NCBI GenBank assembly: GCA_028712605.1
Contig: JAQTPV010000002.1
Coordinates: 1-38,057 of the forward strand
Direction: 5' to 3'
Length of the DNA: 38,057 bases
DNA from: Minisyncoccota bacterium
GTDB taxonomy: Bacteria; Patescibacteriota; Minisyncoccia; Minisyncoccales; CG1-02-41-26
This document shows positions 31,614-38,057 of this stretch, in pieces. The translations under genes and the position numbers were made by a program. Each line of letters opens with the position of its first letter. The first letter of the stretch is position 1. A model generated the notes under the pieces. The model did no database searches. It had not been told where the DNA came from and saw only the letters and a list, made by a program, of their open reading frames with translations.

Positions 31614-32882
31614 ATGGACCTTAAATCATTTTCGTCCGCGATTGCGGAAATTGCTGAAGAAAGGGGCATTCCCGAAGATAAAATTTACGATATTATTTCA
31701 GAGGCCATTGCTTCAGCCTATAAAAAAGAATATGGCAAAAAGAAGCAAAAGATTGTGGCTAAACTGGAAAAGAAAACCGGTGAGCTTTTGTTTTGGCAGG
31801 TGAAGCAAGTAGTCATTCCTGAAATGCTATTAAGCGATGAGGAAATTCAAGAGCTGAAAAGCCGCCGGGCCGAGTCTGAACAAAGACCGGTTAGCGATGA
31901 AGAGTTAGAGGTTGGTGAGGGAGAGGAAAGAAAAATTCGTTTTAATCCCGAGAGGCATATTTTATTAGAAGAGGCAGTTAAAATTGAGCCAGATATTAAG
32001 GTGGGCGAGGAGCTAAAAATTCCCCTGGAAACCAAGGAGGATTTTGGCCGCATTGCCGCTCAAACTGCCAAGCAGGTTATTTTGCAAAAGATTAGAGAGG
32101 TGGAAAAAGAAGAGGCCTACAAAGAATTTAGCGACAGAGAGGGTGAGGTGGTGTCAGGCATTGTACAGCGCGTGGAAAAGAGTGCTATCTTTTTAGATAT
32201 TGGTCGAGCTTCGGGCATCTTGCCCCATAAAGAGCAGATTTTTGGTGAAACTTATCGGCCAGGCCAACGCTTAAAATTATTTGTTCTAAAAACAGAAACT
32301 ACTCCCAAGGGCCCATTAGTGGTTTTATCCAGAATTTATCCCAAGTTAATCTCTAAACTTTTTGAATTAGAGGTTCCTGAAATTGGAGCCAAGCAAGTAA
32401 TTGTTAGGGCTATTGCCAGAGAAGCTGGCTCTCGCAGTAAGGTAGCAGTTTCTGCTGAAGAGGAGGGAATTGATCCAATTGGCGCCTTGGTGGGACAGAG
32501 AGGCACTCGTATTAATGCTGTGATTAATGAATTGGGCGGTGAAAAAATAGATGTAATTTTATGGGATGAAAAGCCAGAGAAGTTTTTGGCCAATGCCTTA
32601 TCGCCAGCTAAGGTTTTAGAGGTTAGAGTATTGCCTAAAAATAGAGCTCAAGTGATTATCCCTGACGATCAACTATCTTTAGCGATTGGCAAGGAGGGTC
32701 AGAACGTTAGGCTAGCTGCTAAGCTAACGGGCTGGAAGATTGATGTTCGGTCATTAGCTCAATTTGAAGAAGACAAAAAAGAGGGCCGCGTGCCCTTTGG
32801 TGAGGACGAAGAAGTAGCGAAGGTTGAAACGTCAACGGAGCCAGACGCTGAATCAACAGAGACCGAACCAGAGCCGCAATAA
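31614..32882 (+). CDS. nusA: Transcription termination/antitermination factor NusA
   Basis: I take ATG 31614 (MDLKSFSSAIAEIAEERGI...); the track start at 31608 is a TTG. The S1 domain is GEVVSGIVQRVEKSAIFLDIGRASGILP. The KH domains are IDPIGALVGQRGTRINAVINELGGEKIDVILW and LSLAIGKEGQNVRLAAKLTGWKIDV. The tail is acidic. Confidence 0.92.
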   Translation: MDLKSFSSAIAEIAEERGIPEDKIYDIISEAIASAYKKEYGKKKQKIVAKLEKKTGELLFWQVKQVVIPEMLLSDEEIQELKSRRAESEQRPVSDEELEVGEGEERKIRFNPERHILLEEAVKIEPDIKVGEELKIPLETKEDFGRIAAQTAKQVILQKIREVEKEEAYKEFSDREGEVVSGIVQRVEKSAIFLDIGRASGILPHKEQIFGETYRPGQRLKLFVLKTETTPKGPLVVLSRIYPKLISKLFELEVPEIGAKQVIVRAIAREAGSRSKVAVSAEEEGIDPIGALVGQRGTRINAVINELGGEKIDVILWDEKPEKFLANALSPAKVLEVRVLPKNRAQVIIPDDQLSLAIGKEGQNVRLAAKLTGWKIDVRSLAQFEEDKKEGRVPFGEDEEVAKVETSTEPDAESTETEPEPQ

Positions 32883-32912
32883 TTTTTTAGACTGTTAATA
32901 AAATAGTTATTC

Positions 32913-32939
32913 AAAAACCCCGCTTCAAGCGGGGTTTTT
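32913..32939. terminator. Bidirectional rho-independent terminator after nusA
   Basis: AAAAA-CCCCGC-TTCAA-GCGGGG-TTTTT, between convergent genes ending at 32882 and 32954. Confidence 0.85.
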
Positions 32940-32953
32940 GATGTAGGTCTTTT

Positions 32954-33451
32954 TTATTGACCGGCGCTCTGTTCTTCTCGCCAAGCCTGGTCTTCCAGCC
33001 ACCGTTTATGGGGTCCTTGCCAACCGGGCTTTTTGCTTAGTTTTGCCCCTAAAACCATTTGCAAAACTGGTATAAATTGTTCCTGAACGGTTTTAAGTTG
33101 TATTCGGGCGTTTTCAATAGCCGCATTGGCTTTTTCTGGATCAAAATAATCAATATTGGTAATGGTTTCTCCTGATAATGTAACTTCTCCGCTAATCGGA
33201 ACATCCATGCCTTCTATTTTATTAATAGATACAAGTACTTCTCCGGATTGCGGATTTAAATAAAAGAAAAATGGTTGTTTTCTTTCAACTATTAACTTAA
33301 GCGCAGCTTCGGTGCCTTCTGGCACAACCTTTACAGGGAATTCAGATAGGCGGTTTGGTATATGAAGTTCAATATGTTGTTCTGGTTTCTTATTTTCTTC
33401 AGGCCTCTTTTTGTCTCCACCGCCGAACTTCCAAAAGTTTTCAAAAGCCAT
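32954..33451 (-). CDS. Hypothetical protein (165 aa)
   Basis: A clean ORF 38 nt downstream of the preceding minus-strand gene, ending at the terminator. No motif recognised. Confidence 0.5.
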   Translation of the reverse strand: MAFENFWKFGGGDKKRPEENKKPEQHIELHIPNRLSEFPVKVVPEGTEAALKLIVERKQPFFFYLNPQSGEVLVSINKIEGMDVPISGEVTLSGETITNIDYFDPEKANAAIENARIQLKTVQEQFIPVLQMVLGAKLSKKPGWQGPHKRWLEDQAWREEQSAGQ

Positions 33452-33489
33452 TTTATTTTGTTTAATAATTTTTACTTTTAGACCTTTAT

Positions 33490-34314
33490 TTATTGTTTAA
33501 TAAAATTACAAGTATTCTTATTCCAAATTAAGTCATACAAATGAGTCTCATCGTTTTGAGCGTCAAAGGAGGTCGCTTTAATTTCATCACCTTGGAAATT
33601 AAAGTCAGCCTCTCTCTGTGGCGTTCCTGTTTCTTGGGCTACTGTTTTACTTTGGAAAATGCCATTTTCTATCCATATCAATTCAACGTTACTGGCGCCA
33701 TAGCCCTGCCAGGCCGTTCCTTGCAGCGAGACTATATAAGCTTTGTTTTGGCAGTCATAGAAGTTTAATTCAATTGAGTCAGCGGATAGTTGCTGCACAT
33801 TGCTTATGATTTTTTCCCCATTTGGGTCAATAACGCCCAAAAAGGCGTGTTCTATACCCATAGCATGAGGGCTTGTTGGGTATTGATTGGATTCATCAAA
33901 AAGCATCATATCCTCATTGGGCTTCAGTCCCCCGTTAATTCCGTAACGGATTACAGCAAGTATGTTTTCTGCTGAATTGCCCATGAAGTTTTTCTCTACA
34001 ATATTGCTGACGCAATATATTTCAGCTGATCGCCAAGGGTTTTCTACTTGTTGGAGTTGGGCGGTTGATGGGTCATAAAAACAATCTGGTCTATTCTTTG
34101 TTTGGGTGAGGGCCTTGGTAGGGAAAAACAGTTTGAGTATTTTTGCATTCCCCATTTCTTTTTTTGGCTGACCGTTTTGATTTCTAACTATTGGCTGTAT
34201 GATGATATCGTTGTTGCCAAAATTTTTCCAGAGCAAAAGGCCAACTTCGGTAAGGCTAATAATTACTAAAATGGCCACTAATATTAGAAGCTTATCGTTA
34301 TTTTTACTAGGCAT
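33490..34314 (-). CDS. Hypothetical membrane-anchored protein (274 aa)
   Basis: N-terminal anchor is KLLILVAILVIISLTEVGLLLW. The remainder is hydrophilic with 4 Cys. A promoter directly abuts the ATG. Confidence 0.55.
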   Translation of the reverse strand: MPSKNNDKLLILVAILVIISLTEVGLLLWKNFGNNDIIIQPIVRNQNGQPKKEMGNAKILKLFFPTKALTQTKNRPDCFYDPSTAQLQQVENPWRSAEIYCVSNIVEKNFMGNSAENILAVIRYGINGGLKPNEDMMLFDESNQYPTSPHAMGIEHAFLGVIDPNGEKIISNVQQLSADSIELNFYDCQNKAYIVSLQGTAWQGYGASNVELIWIENGIFQSKTVAQETGTPQREADFNFQGDEIKATSFDAQNDETHLYDLIWNKNTCNFIKQ

Positions 34315-34319
34315 ACTTT

Positions 34320-34348
34320 ATTCTAAGGGTATTTTATTCCAAAATCAA
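34320..34348 (-). promoter_or_regulatory. Promoter abutting the start codon of the 274-aa gene (leaderless geometry)
   Basis: On the minus strand: TTGATT (34348-34343), 17-nt spacer, TAGAAT (34325-34320), then 5 nt, then ATG (34314). Confidence 0.45.
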
Positions 34349-34377
34349 TAAAACCTTTGTGCTATAGGCATTATAAA

Positions 34378-35373
34378 TTAAAATCGGGCGAGCGCATTTA
34401 GGCGCTCCCCGATATTCCTTGGTGGTTGGTTGTTTTGTGCTTTTGTTAGGGTCCTTAGATAGAACCCAAGGTTGAAAAACTTTAGGGCCCACCTATCGTT
34501 CGCCTGGCCCTTTAGTTCTTTTTTGGAGGCATCCCTTAGATAACTAAGAATTGCCCCGTTGAGAGTTAAGGGCCATTTCCAAGTAATGAAACTTGGGAAT
34601 ATGAAATTGGGCACCGAGAAATAATCGTCAAACTCGAACGCCTTACAGGCGCAGAGTTTTTCAATTAGCTCATCTAGGTGGGTTTTATTATTCATTTTGA
34701 TATGGTGTTTGAGACGCGAATGATAAACCATATCAAATAATCCCTCTGGCAGGTCCTGTAAAGAAAACAGATCGGTGTTGCAGATCGCCAACTGGATTTT
34801 AGCGGCCTCTTTAGTTTTTTGGCACAAGATGGTGAGATTTTCGTGGTCAACCTGTTTGATTATTTGAAAATCTACCACACCTCTGCTCGCCAGCCCATTT
34901 AAGTTTTGGGCGGCTTCATCTTCAATTTGTAAAGAGTTATCAATACCAATAATAACCATCGGTATTGATAAATTCCTAATCGTCATCGCCTCTGCTAGCT
35001 GTCTTTCTACTTCCATTGTGCCGCAACCCAAACTTAATAGCAGGGTTGGTTCGTTGCTTGAATAGGGGAGCTCGGTTAATAGGGCTTGTTTAAGTGGCTC
35101 TATAAGCCCAGGGAATTTCAATCTTTCGAGCCGCCCTAGCTGTCTATGGGTTTCTGCCTGCCATTTTAAAAATGGCAAATCCATAAATTCTTGGATCTCT
35201 TGTCGGTTTTTTCTTAATCCCGGTGCCTCAGTTAAAAGCCACCAGACATAAGAAAACCACGAATGAGCGGCCTGAAAAAATTTTTCATTAATTCTAACCG
35301 CCGGGTCGTAGCCGTTTCCCACTATACCATTCAAGTCTTTGATAACCTGATCAAGAAGGTCTTTCCGATTCAT
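34378..35373 (-). CDS. Putative class I SAM-dependent methyltransferase-like protein
   Basis: I prefer ATG 35373 (MNRKDLLDQ...), which is preceded by AAGGAG 6 nt upstream, over the track's GTG at 35397. Motif I-like LLLSLGCGTME, acidic post-I IIGIDNS, and later LFDMVYHSRLKHHI. The assignment rests on motifs only. Confidence 0.45.
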   Translation of the reverse strand: MNRKDLLDQVIKDLNGIVGNGYDPAVRINEKFFQAAHSWFSYVWWLLTEAPGLRKNRQEIQEFMDLPFLKWQAETHRQLGRLERLKFPGLIEPLKQALLTELPYSSNEPTLLLSLGCGTMEVERQLAEAMTIRNLSIPMVIIGIDNSLQIEDEAAQNLNGLASRGVVDFQIIKQVDHENLTILCQKTKEAAKIQLAICNTDLFSLQDLPEGLFDMVYHSRLKHHIKMNNKTHLDELIEKLCACKAFEFDDYFSVPNFIFPSFITWKWPLTLNGAILSYLRDASKKELKGQANDRWALKFFNLGFYLRTLTKAQNNQPPRNIGERLNALARF

Positions 35374-35518
35374 AATATTCTCCTTATCGTTAACCACCTA
35401 CTATTTAAAAACATAGCATAAAACCAGAAAAAGTGCACTATTTTCAAGCCTCAAACGCCGAAATTGAGAACTGCAAAAATGAAACCCTCTGATGAGGTTG
35501 TTGATTTTGAGGAGGGCG

Positions 35519-35731
35519 TTAAGCTTTTTTATCTTCTATTAACTTCAAAATAACCAAGAGGATTAGAAAGCCTAAGGTTAAAAGCCCTAAGGTTGGCAAT
35601 AGCTGGTCGGTTACAGGGCTGAACTCTCCACCAGGAACAAAAGGCGGGATCCTCCAAATCAATAGCAGCATGAACCCAGTGAAAACAACGCCAAGGGTTA
35701 TGGCAATAACGCCGATTAATCTTTTAAACAT
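35519..35731 (-). CDS. Small two-helix membrane protein (70 aa)
   Basis: Two hydrophobic helices, LIGVIAITLGVVFTGFMLLLIW and LLPTLGLLTLGFLILLVIL. It lies 19 nt downstream of the Nudix gene on the same strand. Confidence 0.45.
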   Translation of the reverse strand: MFKRLIGVIAITLGVVFTGFMLLLIWRIPPFVPGGEFSPVTDQLLPTLGLLTLGFLILLVILKLIEDKKA

Positions 35732-35750
35732 ATTTTGTTAATTTAATTTT

Positions 35751-36167
35751 TTAGTTAGACCTTTGATATTTTTTGTTGGATAAAAATTTTATCAACTTTT
35801 TTAGGTGGACAGTCCCGGGTTTCACTTTTAGCAATTCTTTTTTGTTTACCCATTTATATGTTGAGTGCTCGGGACTTAATTTTATTTTCCCACTTAGATA
35901 TATCCCTTGAGCTACAATTTCAATTGACCATTGTGTCTTATGGGGCATGGCCCAGAGCATTAAAACGTTCGTGAGCCTAATCTTAATTCCAGCTTCTTCC
36001 ATTGTCTCTCTTAGGGCGGCCCCTAATGGTTGTTCGTTAAATTCAATGCCGCCCCCGGGTAAATCCCAATGTCCTGGCTCATCTTTATCCGAACCACTTT
36101 TTTTGAGGATTAGATATTTATCCCTTTTTCTGATTAAAACATGGATACCAGCACAAAAATTTTTCAT
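35751..36167 (-). CDS. NUDIX hydrolase
   Basis: The Nudix box GGGIEFNEQPLGAALRETMEEAGI fits GX5EX7REUXEEXGU. Confidence 0.85.
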   Translation of the reverse strand: MKNFCAGIHVLIRKRDKYLILKKSGSDKDEPGHWDLPGGGIEFNEQPLGAALRETMEEAGIKIRLTNVLMLWAMPHKTQWSIEIVAQGIYLSGKIKLSPEHSTYKWVNKKELLKVKPGTVHLKKLIKFLSNKKYQRSN

Positions 36168-36175
36168 AACCTATA

Positions 36176-36246
36176 TGGACTTGGCGAGAATCGGACTCGC
36201 GTCTCCGCAATGCGAGTGCGGCGTATTGCCACTATACTACAAGCCC
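36176..36246 (-). tRNA. tRNA-Ala (anticodon CGC), no encoded CCA
   Basis: The minus strand reads GGGCTTG TA GTAT AGTGGCA ATAC G CCGCA CTCGCAT TGCGG AGAC GCGAG TCCGATT CTCGC CAAGTCC A. All four stems pair, the G3:U70 alanine identity pair is present, and the anticodon loop is CU-CGC-AU. The T-loop reads UCCGAUU (C at position 55). Confidence 0.85.
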
Positions 36247-36255
36247 TTTTGATTT

Positions 36256-36284
36256 ATTCTAAATGCATTTTAGCTGAAAAGCAA
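36256..36284 (-). promoter_or_regulatory. Promoter for tRNA-Ala (and probably the downstream Nudix gene)
   Basis: On the minus strand: TTGCTT (36284-36279), 17-nt spacer, TAGAAT (36261-36256). The tRNA 5' end lies 9 nt downstream. Confidence 0.5.
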
Positions 36285-36294
36285 TGAAAATTCG

Positions 36295-36323
36295 TTGCAT
36301 TTTCAGGCATTTCAGGCTTAAAT
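36295..36323 (+). promoter_or_regulatory. Promoter abutting the queA start codon (leaderless geometry)
   Basis: TTGCAT (36295-36300), 17-nt spacer, TTAAAT (36318-36323), then 6 nt, then ATG (36330). Confidence 0.4.
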
Positions 36324-36329
36324 AGTTTT

Positions 36330-38057
<1,728 letters not shown>

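Noticed and set aside
36247-36329. Possible preQ1 riboswitch or operator repeats (TGCATTTT x2, TTCAGGC x2) upstream of queA
   Set aside because: The 83-nt spacer is fully accounted for by two divergent promoters, for tRNA-Ala and queA. With the leaderless geometry there is no room for a riboswitch aptamer. The repeats overlap the promoter spacer.

Overview
The window looks like an origin-proximal chromosome segment of a small-genome bacterium. I infer Patescibacteria/CPR from gene content: a short YidC, CPR-style T4SS-pilin modules, rare Shine-Dalgarno sites and many orphan proteins. The standard genetic code applies, since TGA terminates rpmH and the 1761-aa ORF.

Left end: partial dnaA (-) diverges from the conserved rpmH-rnpA-yidD-yidC-jag cluster (+).

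Main feature: directly downstream and co-directional lies a tightly packed ~19 kb block (3239-22302) closed by a strong bidirectional terminator. It encodes a minimal type IV secretion-like apparatus:
- a PrgI/VirB3-like membrane protein
- a VirB4 ATPase divided by a single in-frame TAA into 209-aa and 603-aa ORFs
- a small membrane protein
- a 2075-aa protein whose N-terminus is a VirB2/TrbC-like pilin hairpin
- a 1761-aa secreted protein with about 80 cysteines
- a 631-aa membrane-anchored, Cys-rich protein ending in an SLT-like lytic transglycosylase
- a 720-aa protein carrying a second pilin module

A VirB6/TrbL-like polytopic protein (972 aa) sits 2 kb further on, on the other strand. The window contains no relaxase, coupling protein, VirB11, integrase or att-like repeat.

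The remainder is housekeeping and orphan genes: an SPFH-like protein, rsmA, a LysM-M23 peptidase, comM, yraN, nusA, three orphan ORFs (one methyltransferase-like), a small membrane protein, a Nudix hydrolase, tRNA-Ala(CGC), queA and partial tgt.

I found several near-consensus sigma70-type promoters, four clean hairpin terminators, three promoters placed so that transcription should start at the ATG (leaderless), and two unexplained structured intergenic elements. I saw no CRISPR array, IS element or rRNA.
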